This document shows positions 51,745 to 64,000 of a stretch of 64,000 nucleotides of DNA, piece after piece; positions within the stretch are counted from its first letter, which is position 1; the number at the start of each line of letters is the position of its first letter. The notes under the pieces were generated by a model that saw only the letters and a list, made by a program, of their open reading frames with translations, ran no database searches and was not told the DNA's origin. Both the position numbers and the translations under genes were made by a program. Origin of the DNA: Macrostomum lignano. Its lineage: Eukaryota. The DNA is taken from positions 1 through 64,000 of the forward strand of contig NIVC01001345.1 in the NCBI GenBank assembly GCA_002269645.1. Direction: 5' to 3'.

Positions 51745-52640
51745 GAGTGAGAGAGGAAGGGGGGAGAGGGAGGAAGAGGAGAGGAAGAGGAGAGGGAGAG
51801 GGAGGAAGAGGAGAGGGAGAGAGAGGAAGAGGAGAGGGAGAGGGAGGAAGAGGAGAGGGAGAGGGAGGAAGAGGAGAGGGAGAGGGAGGAAGAGGAGAGG
51901 GAGAGGGAGGAAGAGGAGAGGGAGAGGGAGGAAGAGGAGAGGGAGAGGGAGGGAGAGGAGAGGGAGAGGGAGGAAGAGGAGAGGGAGAGGGAGGAAGAGG
52001 AGAGGGAGAGGGAGGAAGAGGAGAGGGAGAGAGAGGAAGAGGAGAGGGAGAGGGAGGAAGAGGAGAGGAAGAGGAGAGGGAGGAAGAGGAGAGGGAGGAA
52101 GAGGAGAGGGAGAGGGAGGAAGAGGAGAGGGAGAGGTAGGAAGAGGAGAGGGAGAGGGAGGAAGAGGAGAGGGAGAGGGAGGAAGAGGAGAGGGAGAGGG
52201 AGGAAGAGGAGAGGGAGAGGTAGGAAGAGGAGAGGGAGAGGGAGGAAGAGGAGAGGGAGAGGGAGGAAGAGGAGAGGGAGAGGGAGGAAGAGGAGAGGGA
52301 GAGGGAGGAAGAGGAGAGGGAGGAAGAGGAGAGGGAGAGGGAGGAAGAGGAGAGGGAGAGGGAGGAAGAGGAGAGGGAGAGGGAGGAAGAGGAGTGGGAG
52401 AGGGAGGAAGAGGAGTGGGAGAGGGAGAAAGAGGAGTGGGAGAGGGAGGAAGAGGAGAGGGAGGAAGAGGAGAGGGAGGAAGAGGAGTGGGAGAGGGAGG
52501 AAGAGGAGAGGGAGAGGGAGGAAGAGGAGAGGGAGAGGGAGGAAGAGGAGAGAGAGAGGGAGGAAGAGGAGTGGGAGAGGGAGGAAGAGGAGTGGGAGAG
52601 GGAGGAAGAGGAGAGGCAGGGGGAGGAAGAAGGAGATGGG
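51745..52640. repeat. GA-rich ~21-bp repeat (GAGGAGAGGGAGAGGGAGGAA)
   Basis: Polypurine array. Confidence 0.95.
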
Positions 52641-53344
52641 ATAGAAGAGGGATAGTCAGAATGAGCTTTAAAAAGTAAAGTTGTACGCTCGTAGTTTTGT
52701 TTTAAAATATGAAAAAAATGCCGGAAAACACCCTCTCCAAGAATCTCATGGATCTCTCTGTTTCATTTCTCTCCACTCCCCAGTTCCGCAGTTATTGGAA
52801 TATAACGGCGCGCCCGCTTCTTAATATTTCTGTTGCTCAGCTCTTCGCCCTGTCTTTTCTGCGGTCGATAAAATGAATAAAGTCGCAATTGTGAGGGGAA
52901 CAGCTGTCAGGCAGGCAGGCAGGCACATCCTGTACTATACCGGTGTGGCTATCCCGCCCGCTTGTCCGAGTGTGATAAGAAATCGAAGGAAATAATGCAG
53001 CAGTGAGAGGAAGGGGAACTGCTTGGCAGTGGCCCCCAAGGTTTCCGCGCGCGCGCGTTCGTATAAGCAGGCGAAGTTCGAAGTTTCTTCTCCTCCCCCT
53101 CTTCTCAGCCATACTCTGATAGTTGAGTAGCCAGAGTGCCCGAGGCAACAGAGTCAGATTGAAATTGGGAAGGCGTGAGGCGAATGCCAACAGAGAGCAG
53201 CCGCAGCAGCAGTGAGTAAGTGAAAGTGACCGGGTGGGAAAGTTTCTGGCAGTAGATGAATATGATGAAGAGTGAGACTGGCTTCCTGCTTGTACAATCA
53301 GCAGGTGGGTGATGCTTGTGAGGGATGCCGATTTTATATTAAGG

Positions 53345-53665
<321 letters not shown>

Positions 53666-54279
53666 GAAGAGGCGGAGCGGCAGACGGACAGTCCAGCAGC
53701 AGAAGGCGCAGAGCTCATCACCCTGAGCTGGCAACTCAGCCCATGCCAGGCGGATAGCTCATAGAAGGCGGCCCACAACTGGCGGCATTCCTGCACTCCG
53801 CACCCGGGCTGCCCCCCAAAAAGAAGTTGAGCATCTTGTTGCCCCATGCAGAAGGGTTAGGGGGGGGGGCAAAAAATATGAAATTTCCTTCACCCCGAAG
53901 CCGGATGAAGTTCTTCTGTTGCCTGGCGCCTTGCCGGGCAATAAAATCAAGTCCGGAGAAAAAATTGAAAACATCGCCTGTCTGTCGCTGATTGAAAATT
54001 CCTGCGCCAGATGGCGTCGGAGCTGATTGAAACTGAAACGACTCGTACAACCCAGCAGCGCAAGGAACAAGTTGCTGCATACGGACTGAACTTCATTTAC
54101 GAACTACTGCTGCTGCTGAGGCAGGGGGGAGGCAGTCGCGAATGACATTTCTAGCTAATTGAAGCATTGCAAGCGGACTGAGGCAGTTAGCGGCTGGGCT
54201 GCTGGCTGAGCTGGTCTGGCGTTGTGGCTTGAAATTGGCTGCTTGCTTCTTTTCTTGAAAATGGCACATTTGAACAACA

Positions 54280-55100
54280 AAATGATGGCACAAAATAACT
54301 ACAAAATGGCACAAAATAACTACAAAATGGCACAAAATAACTACAAAATGGCACAAAATAACTACAAAATGGCACAAAATAACTACAAAATGGCACAAAA
54401 TAACTACAAAATGGCACAAAATAACTACAAAATGGCAAAAAATAACTACAAAATGGCACAAAAAAACTACAAAATGGCACAAAATTTCTACAAAATGGCA
54501 CAAAATAACTACAAAATGGCACAAAATAACTACAAAATGGCACAAAATAACTACAAAATGGCAAAAAATAACTACAAAATGGCACAAAAAAACTACAAAA
54601 TGGCACAAAATTTCTACAAAATGGCACAAAATAACTACAAAATGGCAAAAAATAACTACAAAATGGCACAAAAAAACTACAAAATGGCACAAAATAACTA
54701 CAAAATGGCACAAAATAACTACAAAATGGCACAAAATAACTACAAAATGGCACAAAATAACTACAAAATGGCACAAAATAACTACAAAATGGCACAAAAT
54801 AACTACAAAATGGCACAAAATAACTACAAAATGGCACAAAATAACTACAAAATGGCACAAAATAACTACAAAATGGCACAAAATTAACTACAAAATGGCA
54901 CACAATAACTACAAAATGGCACAAATAACTACAAAATGGCACAAAATTAACTACAAAATGGCACAAAATAACTTTTAAAAACTAAAAATGGCAAAAAACT
55001 GCAAAAGAGCACTTTAGAATTACGAAATGACACATTCAACTACAAAATGGCACATTAGAAATACAAAATGACACATAAGAACTACAAAATGGTACATTAG
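54280..55100. repeat. 21-bp minisatellite (AACTACAAAATGGCACAAAAT)
   Basis: Tandem array; source of ORFs 54093-54966. Confidence 0.95.
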
Positions 55101-56239
55101 AACAACAATAAACGAGCCAGTTTTGAGTCATACAAAATGGCACTTTAAGAGTTAAAATATGCCACCGCTTTGGACACTGACAAGCCATTTTCAGCGAGCA
55201 AACTCAAACGCTTCAAATTTGCAAGCAAAATGTTGGCAAATATTGCTTCAAGCCAGCCTCAAATGGATTTCCATTGTTTTCTCTGCAGGACCTACCCACA
55301 AAAACATGAAACGCGTATTTTCTCATCAAATCCTTTTTCATGTCCTATCAGACAACTTCGAATTCTCCAGCCGGGTCGAAGTCTGTTTTCTAGAATTTTA
55401 TCGAACCGAAGACCAACTGCTCAACCAGTTGTTAATATTAAATAAAGTTCTATTATATCAGCGATACAGTTTTATAATCTCAGCCTTTTAAACCTTATAT
55501 CATTTCAATTAGTGAGCTCATTAAATATTAACATAGTAGTGCTAATTCTCCAGCAGGTACGAGCGTAAAATGCTGCACCCAAATGCGCGATTGCGTGATC
55601 GGTGTCTCCGGTGTTTCTAGGAAAGTTTCTAGGAAAACCGCGGTAATTAGGTTGATTGGAATTGCACTGAAATTCTAGAGGATTCATGTAATCAAACACT
55701 GGAACAGAAATGGTTTTTTTAACACCTTATTGACGAAAAGAAAATGTTGTTAGTGAGCTGCCAATGTTGTTGGAGGGCTGACAATGTTTTTGGTGGGCTG
55801 ACAATGTTGTTAGTGAGCTAAAAATATGAGTACGCAAGTTTGGTTCATAAGCTCACAATTTCTGCTAATTAAAAAAGCTCATCAAATTGTCGATCACAGC
55901 AAGTCACGTGATAACTGCTACCAACATCAAACAATCATCACCCAAAAGGTGCAGGGAAGGCGAGACCCGCCCACAGCTTCCAATGAGAGCACACGGAAGC
56001 AATCAGATGGGATGCGTGTGCGCTGATATGCAAATCTGGTGCCTTCCTGCCCTAGCACTGATTCCCGCTGCACATCCCATCTGTCACTGGGGAGATGACG
56101 AGAGGCCTAATGCTTGAATGGTGTCATCAATCAACTTCTGACGTTGTCATGGAAACGGCGGGGCCTAGAAACGTTATTTCACATGAGCGGGTGCAGTGTT
56201 AAGGGCCGGGGTCAAGGGGGGAGAATAGTTCTGGCTCCC

Positions 56240-56760
56240 CATCACCCCATCTCTCAATCTATCTCATCCCATCGCTAAATCTATCTCACCCCATCTCTCA
56301 ATCTATCTCACCCAGTCTCTAAATCTATCTCACCCAGTCTCTAAATCTATCTCACCCAGTCTCTAAATCTATCTTACCCAGTCTCTAAATCTATCTCAGC
56401 TCTTAATCTATCTCACTCCATCTCCCAATCTATCTCACCCAGTCTCTAAATCTATCTCACCCAGTCTCTAAATCTATCTCAGCTCTTAATCTATCTCACT
56501 CCATCTCCCAATCTATCTCACCCAGTCTCTAAATCTATCTCACCCAGTCTCTAAATCTATCTCACCCAGTCTCTAAATCTATCTCACCCATCTCTAAATT
56601 TATCACACCCTGTCTCTAAATCTATCTCAGCCCATCTCTTAATCTATCTCACTTCATCTCTTAATCTATCTCAGCCCATCTCTTAATCTATCTCACTTCA
56701 TCTCTTAATCTATCTCACCCCATATCTCAATCTATTTCACCCCATCTCACTTATCTAAGT
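56240..56760. repeat. 22-bp minisatellite (TCTATCTCACCCAGTCTCTAAA)
   Basis: Tandem array. Confidence 0.9.
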
Positions 56761-57519
56761 TCTCCCTACTCTTCACTATCAATCTCTTTCAGCCAAAATA
56801 TCAGTCCTATGTCTGCTCATGCTTCCTCATGTGGAGTCGCATCGATTTTTCACAGAAACCTCTCAGTCACCTGTTTTGTGTCCAGTGCCTTCGCCTGCGC
56901 AGAATGAATGACAAAAATGTGTTTCTACCCTGGTCAACTTCTTCCAGCCATTCTTTTTTGCTGCTTTTATTTTGCTTTAGCCAAGACACCGGCTAGCTGG
57001 TGCGTTCCAGCATCCTCCCTCACCCATCATCCTTCAGCGTTTGAACTTTCTGGGCCAGACGCTGGGGCAAGCATTAACAGCTCTCTGTCCTGGAGCCTAC
57101 ATTTCTTAGAAAGCAAAGCCAGCGGCGCGGAGTTTGCTGGGTCATAAACTATCGCTTTCGGACGGCGTCTACCTCTTTCCGCAACTGTGTTTTTTACCTT
57201 GGCCGCGCGTCCTCGGCCCTTTGTCGTCGTGTGCGCGCGGCCGAGACTCTTTTGACTGGCTGGGGGATAGCTGGTAGGTTGTAACTCTCGTTTTTTTAGG
57301 GTCAGCGTCCCGGGCTGTTGCCACATGAACAAAGTAGCTGGGCTATTTGGCTGCAAAATGGCTGTTTACAGACTGTGGAGTCCCGGATGCAGTTTGCGAT
57401 TTTGCGATTTGCAGACTCCCTGGTGGTTAAGAGCTTTGGGTGTGCAAATCTATTGGAAATGCGGTGGCAGAATGAGGGATAAGTTGACTCTTGTCTCTAG
57501 ATATATCTCATTACATCTC

Positions 57520-58110
57520 TAGAGCTACCCTATTTTACCCGTAGATCAATCTAATTTTATCTCAATATCTGTCTTACCTCATCTCTAGATCTGTCTTACC
57601 TCATCTCTAGATATTTCTTAACTTATCTCTAGATCTGACTTACTTCATCTATAGATCTGTCGTACCTTCATCTCTAGATATGTCTTACTTCATCAATAGA
57701 TCTGTCGTACTTTCATCTCTAGATCTGTCTTAATTTATTTCTAGATCTGTCCTACCTTCATCTATAAATCTGTAGTACCTTCATCTCTAGATATGCCTTA
57801 CTTCATCAATAGATCTGTAGTACTTTCATCTCTAGATCTGTCATACTTTCATCTATAGATCTGTATACCTTCATCTCTAGAGTCTAGATCTGTCTTACTT
57901 CATCTATACATCTGTATACCCTCATCTCTAGAGTCTAGATCTGTCTTACTTCATCTATACATCTGTATACCTTCATCTCTAGAGTCTAGATATGTCTTAC
58001 TTCATCTATAGATCTGTCGTACCTTCATATCTAGATCTGTCGTCCTTTCATCTCTAGATCTGTCTTACTTCATCTCTAGATCTGTTTTACCTTTATCTAT
58101 AGATCTGTGG
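57520..58110. repeat. ~22-bp degenerate minisatellite (TCTAGATCTGTCTTACTTCATC)
   Basis: Tandem array. Confidence 0.85.
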
Positions 58111-58242
58111 ACTCAACCTTGACCTGAATTGACCCGGAGCGTGTTTTGACCTGGAGTATCCTGAGTGACCTTGGCCTTAATCTTATGACCTGAAGCAACC
58201 TGGGCGATCATCAACCTGATTGCAACCTGAATTGAGCCATTC

Positions 58243-61200
58243 ATGGCCTGGCTGAGTCGGTTTCTGCTACTCCTGCTGCTGCATCACCTGCTGCTCAAAG
58301 CGACATCGGAGGCTTCGCCGAGCTCCGCTGAAAATGCGTGAGTTGCTAATTAATAGAAGATAAATTTATGATCAATAAAATACCACTGAATTATTTCTGT
58401 GCATGCGTATTCCTGAGGCAGAAGGTTGATAGCACTTAGTACGAATCTGCACTGTTTTACTGAGAGCTTTCCGGTCTTGCACCGGGGCCTTGCACCTGGG
58501 CCTTGCACCTGGGCCTTGCACCGGTTACTTGCTCAAATATTTTAGTTATTATTAGTTATTGCTTGCCTACTGAGACTGGGAGTTGGGAGTTGGTTTGAAA
58601 TTTAGTCAGTCAGTCATGGCCTAGGGAATGAGCTGGAGTGATTAAGGATGTCTTTTCTGTCTAATTGCTTTGTTGGTATCCCATACTGTAGTGAGAGGGG
58701 TTACTGGAGCGAGAGGGGTTACTGGAGTGAGAGGGGTTACTGGAGTGAGAGGGGTTACTGGAGTGAGAGGGGCTACTGTAGTGAGAGGGGGTACTGGAGT
58801 GAGAGGGGTTACTAGAGTGAGAGGGGTTACTAGAGTGAGAGGGGTTACTAGAGTGAGAGGGGTTACTAGAGTGAGAGGGTTACTGGAGTGAGAGGGGTTA
58901 CTAGAGTGAGAGGGGTTACTGGAGTGAGAGGGATTACTGTAGTGAGAGGGTTACTGTAGTGAGAGGGTTACTGTAGTGAGAGGGTTACTGTAGTGAGAGG
59001 GGTTACTGGAGTGAGAGGGGTTACTGTAGTGAGAGGGTTACTGGAGTGAGAGGGGTTACTAGAGTGAGAGGGGTTACTGGAGTGAGAGGGGTTACTAGAG
59101 TGAGAGGGGTTACTGGAGTGAGAGGGGTTACTGGAGTGAGAGGGGTTACTGGAGTGAGAGGGGTTACTGGAGTGAGAGGGGTTACTGTAGTGAGAGGGTT
59201 ACTGGAGTGAGAGGGGTTACTAGAGTGAGAGGGGTTACTAGAGTGAGAGGGGCTACTGTAGTGAAAGGTCTACTGTAGTGAGAGGGGTTACTCGAGTGAG
59301 AGGGGTTACTAGAGTGAGAGGGGTTACTGGAGTGAGAGGGGTTACTAGAGTGAGAGGGGTTACTGGAGTGAGAGGGGTTACTGGAGTGAGAGGGGTTACT
59401 GTAGTGAGAGGGGTTACTGGAGTGAGAGGGGCTATATTGGAGTGAGAGGGGGCTACTGGAGTGAGAGAGGGTTGCTGCAGCGATAGAAGGTTACAGCAGT
59501 GAGAGAGGGTTACTACAAAGTCACTGATACAAAATAAAGGATCACTAAGCCTAGAAATTACCTGAGCACCCATTGCACTTATTCAGAATTTTTTGTTTAA
59601 CTTCGCACATTCGAGTCTCTATAGGAAAATGGTTTTTGCTGTTGTACACCCCTTAACTCCAGTATTTGGCACAAGTTTATTCAAATGCCAAAGTACAAAA
59701 TGCACCTTAATTCACTTCCTGCGCGCCATCATCAATATTTCTATAACTATGAGCCATATAGTGATCGAATGCAAAAGTTCAAGTATTAATACGCAAGCGT
59801 TCTTGCTCTCATGTTAATTCCCGAATTTCAGTCGAAAAAGTGACGGCCTCATGTGAGCAGCTGGGCAGTCGGCAGAGCAGTTGCTCGAAAAAGTTTTTTT
59901 TGATTTTCTTGCCGTGAAAAGTTTAAATGCGAATGGCTGAGATTATGAATTCAATATACTTTAACCGCTAACTTCTTCTCTAACTAATACGGCATATTCA
60001 AATCCGTTTCTGCACTAGCTCTTCAGATCTTTGTTTCAACTCTTTGTTTTCAGTTTTTTAAGCTAATGGCTCAATAACAGTTTTTTTGTTAAAATAGCCA
60101 CTTTAGACAAGTTAGGACAATAGCTTAGTTTGTTATATTTTGATAAGAATAATTTGTTTATATAAACTTCTGCTAACTGGCTTTTGCGGTTGTAAATTTT
60201 GCTCACCCGATCCAGTTTTTAAACACATTTGAGCTGCCGTTGCTATGCGATGGCGCCTGCAAAGTCTGTTGCTGACGATTTGCGCTGTAATGCGGAGCTT
60301 TTGCCTGCCCCCGCGTGTGAGCACAGGGAGTTCATAGACAGTTTTGGGTCATAGACAGTTTTGGATCATAGACAGTTTTGGGTCATACAGTTTTAGGTCA
60401 TACAGTTTTGGGTCATACAGTTTTAGGTCATACAGTTTTGGGTCGTAGATAGTTTCGTGTCGTAGAAAGTTTTGGGTCATACAGTTATGGGTCATAGACT
60501 GCAGTTTTGGGTCATAGACAGTTTTGGGTCATAGACAGTTTTGGGTCATACAGTTTTGGGTCATAGACAGTTTTGGGTCATACAGTTTTAGGTCATACAG
60601 TTTTAGGTCATACAGTTTTGGGTCGTAGATAGTTTCGTGTCGTAGAAAGTTTTGGGTCATAGACAGTTTTGGGTCATAGACAGTTTTGGGTCATACAGTT
60701 TTGGGTCATAGACAGTTTTGGGTCATACAGTTTTAGGTCATACAGTTTTAGGTCATACAGTTTTGGGTCGTAGATAGTTTCGTGTCGTAGAAAGTTTTGG
60801 GTCATACAGTTATGGGTCATAGACTGCAGTTTTGGGTCATAGACAGTTTTGGGTCATAGACAGTTTTGGGTCATAGATAGTTTAGGCTCATAGACAATTT
60901 CGGATCGGAGACAGTTTTGTGTCATAGGCAGTTTTGGGTCATAAACAGTTTTGGGTCATAATCATAACCAGTTTTACGTTGCAAACAGTTTTGTGCCATT
61001 GGCAGTTTTAGGTCATAGAGTCATAGACAGTTAGGGTCAAATCCCATTATGCATTGCAGCATTTGTCGTGCTAGGACTGTATTCAAATATTGTATGTCAT
61101 ACATCAATGCCATATCAGTCTGTCTGTATAACATTCCGGTGTCCCTAAGGACTTATCTTCAGTCCGGTAAAGCTTTGTTTGTAAAGCTACCCCAATTCTG

Positions 61201-63823
61201 ACTAACAAGAACAACGGCAGCGCCTACATGGAACTACAAGACCCGTTCGCCATTATTTGACCCGGCACAATTTCAGAATAAGTCTGAAGCGGGTCCACTG
61301 CTATCTTTATTGCTTGCCGGCACGGAACATGCTTGAAAAGGGTTATAAAAGTGTAACATTAGGACTTGCATCTGCCTGATCATGATTCGCCATTTGCAAT
61401 GCCGAATTTCAGAAAACGCGTAGTGGACAAAATGCTGAAGAACTACACGAGGCAAAACAGCCCGAATGGAGGTGAGACTGAGAGGCTGCATGATTTTATA
61501 TAACACTGGTTTGTTAATAAAGGGAATACAGGGGAAGTTTCTGCTGAATGGTCTATCTCGGTAAACTCTTTTGTGCTTAAGGACCCGGGTTCGATTCCCT
61601 GCGTTGTTGCCAAATCTATAAATCAATTTATTCGGTAATTTGATTTGATAATTTTTTACAGATTCTACAACTACAGTGTATATAGGAATCTACGTGATCG
61701 GTTTCTATTCTATTAGTGAGGCTACCATGGTAAGTTATCTGTAGATTTCGATACAATCGGGTTAATACAAGATTTCGATACTTATTGGGTTCATACAAGA
61801 TTTCGATACTTATTGGGTTCATACAAGATTTCGATACTTATTGGGTTCATACAAGATTTCGATACATATCGGGTCCATGGCAATACTTAAATACAAATCG
61901 CCATCCCCACACGATTGCAGGACTACTCGCTAACCATTTACCTCCGGCTGCAGTGGACGGATCCCAGGCTGAGCTACAACAGCAGCGAAGTTGGCGGCAA
62001 GGCGCAAATCAAGCTGGAAGACAACATCTGGGAGAAGATCTGGGTGCCCGACGTGTTTCTCAGGTGCGCGGTCTGCTTCAAATATTTTTTAACGGTGTAA
62101 ACTATCCATCGGCGAAAGTTTTTTGGTCTTGTCTGAGGGGTCTCTGGATAATATAGTGCATCTGGAAGTAGTAAAGCTGGAATGGAGACGCTGGCAGGCA
62201 CTCTTATGCTGGGCCATTCGTGCGTGACCGAGAGCCGGCCACCGGGGGATGGCGAGCTTTGATTAAACGACTGCAGTTGTGGCTCTGGCAGTCTGGCTTG
62301 TCGGAGATGCAGCAATTTGTATCTGTACTTGTACTTTCTAATGCCTGCTATTAGAGTGTTTAGCTGCAGATATAAATATACAAATGTGTTGTCTGGTTTG
62401 ATAAAAATCAAAATACTTAAAGCAACTATAAGTCACTTATTTTGGTCCTCCATTCTGATAACTGTTAGAGGCTACACCCAGTTCTAATCTTATCATTTTT
62501 GAAGGCCGAAACCCAGTTCTAATCTTATCATTTTTGAAGGCCGAAACCCAGTTCTAATCTTATCATTTTTGAAGGCCGAAACCCAGTTCTAATCTTATCA
62601 TTTTTGAAGGTCGATAACCCGTTCCAATCTTATCATTTTTTGAAGGCCCCGATACCCAGTTCTAATCTTATCATTTTTGAAGGTCGATAACCAGTTCTAA
62701 TCTTATCTTTTTAAAGGCCCCGATACCCAGTTCTAATCTTATCATTTTTGAAGGTCGATAACCAGTTCTAATCTTATCATTTTTGAAGGCCGATAACCAG
62801 TTCCAATCTTATCATTTTTGACGGCCGATAACCAGTTCCAATCTTATCATTTTTTGAAGGCCGATAACCAGTTCCAATCTTATCTTTTTGAAGGCCCCGA
62901 TAACCAGTTCTAATCTTATCATTTTTGAAGGCCGATAACCAGTTCCAATCTTATCATTTTGACGGCCGATAACCAGTTCCAATCTTATCATTTTTTGAAG
63001 GCCGATACCCAGTTCTAATCTTATCTTTTTGAAGGCCCCGATACCCAGTTCTAATCTTATCATTTTTGAAGGTCGATAACCAGTTCTAATCTTATCTTTT
63101 TGAAGGCCCCGATAACCAGTTCTAATCTTATCATTTTTGAAGGCCGATAACCAGTTCTAATCTTATCTTTTTGAAGGCCCCGATAACCAGTTCTAATCTT
63201 ATCATTTTTGAAGGCCGATAACCAGTTCCAATCTTATCATTTTTGAAGGCCGATAACCAGTTCCAATCTTATCTTTTTGAAGGCCCCGATACCCAGTTCC
63301 AATCTTATCATTTTTGAAGGCCGATAACCAGTTCCAATCTTATCATTTTTGAAGGCCGATACCCAGTTCTAATCTTATCATTTTTGACGGCCGATAACCA
63401 GTTCCAATCTTATCATTTTTGAAGGCCGATAACCAGTTCCAATCTTATCATTTTTGAAGGCCGATACCCAGTTCTAATCTTATCATTTTTGACGGCCGAT
63501 AACCAGTTCTATTATGATCCTCATAAAAAATTGAGACTTCTTTACAAACCGCAGAAACGAGAAGAAGGCCGCCTTCCACTCGGTCACAATACCCAACCGG
63601 TTTATGAATCTTGAGCCCAATGGACGAATTTGGTACGTCATCAAGTAAGTTAATTTCATTCTCGCGCGTTACTACTAATAAGTCCAATTCAAAGTAGTAT
63701 TAAGTGACTACAATTATTAAATTATTTGTTTAATTGGCAGATTGTCAATCACGTTATCCTGCGAGATGAATTTGAAAAAATACCCATTGGACACCCAGAT
63801 GTGCCCTATGATGTTCGAAAGCT
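58243..63823 (+). CDS. Cys-loop ligand-gated ion channel subunit, anion-type (GlyR/GluCl-like), 5' part; continues beyond the window
   Basis: Exons: 58243-58337 (signal peptide [20 protein letters not shown]), 61413-61471 ([11 protein letters not shown]), 61662-61729 ([18 protein letters not shown]), 61921-62063 ([24 protein letters not shown]), 63555-63644 ([18 protein letters not shown]), 63741-63823 (C-x13-C loop [15 protein letters not shown]). All GT-AG and phase-compatible. Confidence 0.9.
58680..59480. repeat. 18-bp minisatellite (GGGGTTACTGGAGTGAGA)
   Basis: Tandem array. Confidence 0.95.
60335..61030. repeat. 17-19-bp minisatellite (GGGTCATAGACAGTTTT)
   Basis: Tandem array. Confidence 0.9.
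61745..61865. repeat. 28-bp repeat (GATTTCGATACTTATTGGGTTCATACAA)
   Basis: 3-4 copies within a short intron. Confidence 0.9.
62475..63510. repeat. ~33-35-bp minisatellite (CCGATAACCAGTTCCAATCTTATCATTTTTGAAGG)
   Basis: Tandem array. Confidence 0.95.
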
Positions 63824-63849
63824 GTGAGTCTGCTTGCTCATTAGATCAC

Positions 63850-63975
63850 TTTCCTATCTAACAGGATACCATCCTATCTAACAGGTTTCCATCCTATCTA
63901 ACAGGTTCCCATTCTATCTAACACGTTCCCATTCTATCTAACAAGTTCCCATTCTATCTAACAGGTTCCCATCTT
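63850..63975. repeat. ~19-20-bp repeat (CCATTCTATCTAACAGGTTC)
   Basis: About 6 copies. Confidence 0.85.
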
Positions 63976-64000
63976 ATTTAGCTTGACCCTTCAAAAAGAC

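Noticed and set aside
53750-54030. Possible MITE with AGCTC/GAGCT ends and an internal G/C run
   Set aside because: TIR match too short and no TSD found.

Overview
Eukaryotic (metazoan) genomic DNA. GC-rich exons alternate with introns filled by many unrelated minisatellites, a style reminiscent of the flatworm Macrostomum lignano (inference only). Four host genes could be reconstructed exon by exon: (1) a minus-strand CAP/SCP + EGF-like protein with signal peptide and hydrophobic GPI-like tail (936-6993); (2) a minus-strand C2H2 zinc-finger gene (8926-10548); (3) plus-strand WDFY2 (11795-32517, 5 exons, GC-AG first intron); (4) the 5' half of an anion-type Cys-loop channel (GlyR/GluCl-like, 58243 to the window end). 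WDFY2 intron 1 holds an open-ORF mariner and a three-level transposon nest in which the hAT-like, CACTA and Transib-like levels each have TIRs and a TSD. The nest is a hAT-like MITE, containing a 10 kb CACTA/EnSpm element with a truncated transposase and a BEN-like ORF2, containing a 3.2 kb RAG1-related Transib/Chapaev-type element with a 5-bp TSD. There are also two apparently full-length RNase H-bearing LINEs. One is Ingi/L1Tc-like, with a hand-folded HDV/CPEB3-like ribozyme at its 5' end, a 2A StopGo peptide, PHD, APE, RT and RNase H. The other is LOA/R1-like with a TAATG-coupled ORF1/ORF2. Most long ORFs in the supplied track are artefacts of tandem repeats or antisense frames. All domain and family calls come from motif recognition by eye, not database searches, and repeat boundaries are approximate.
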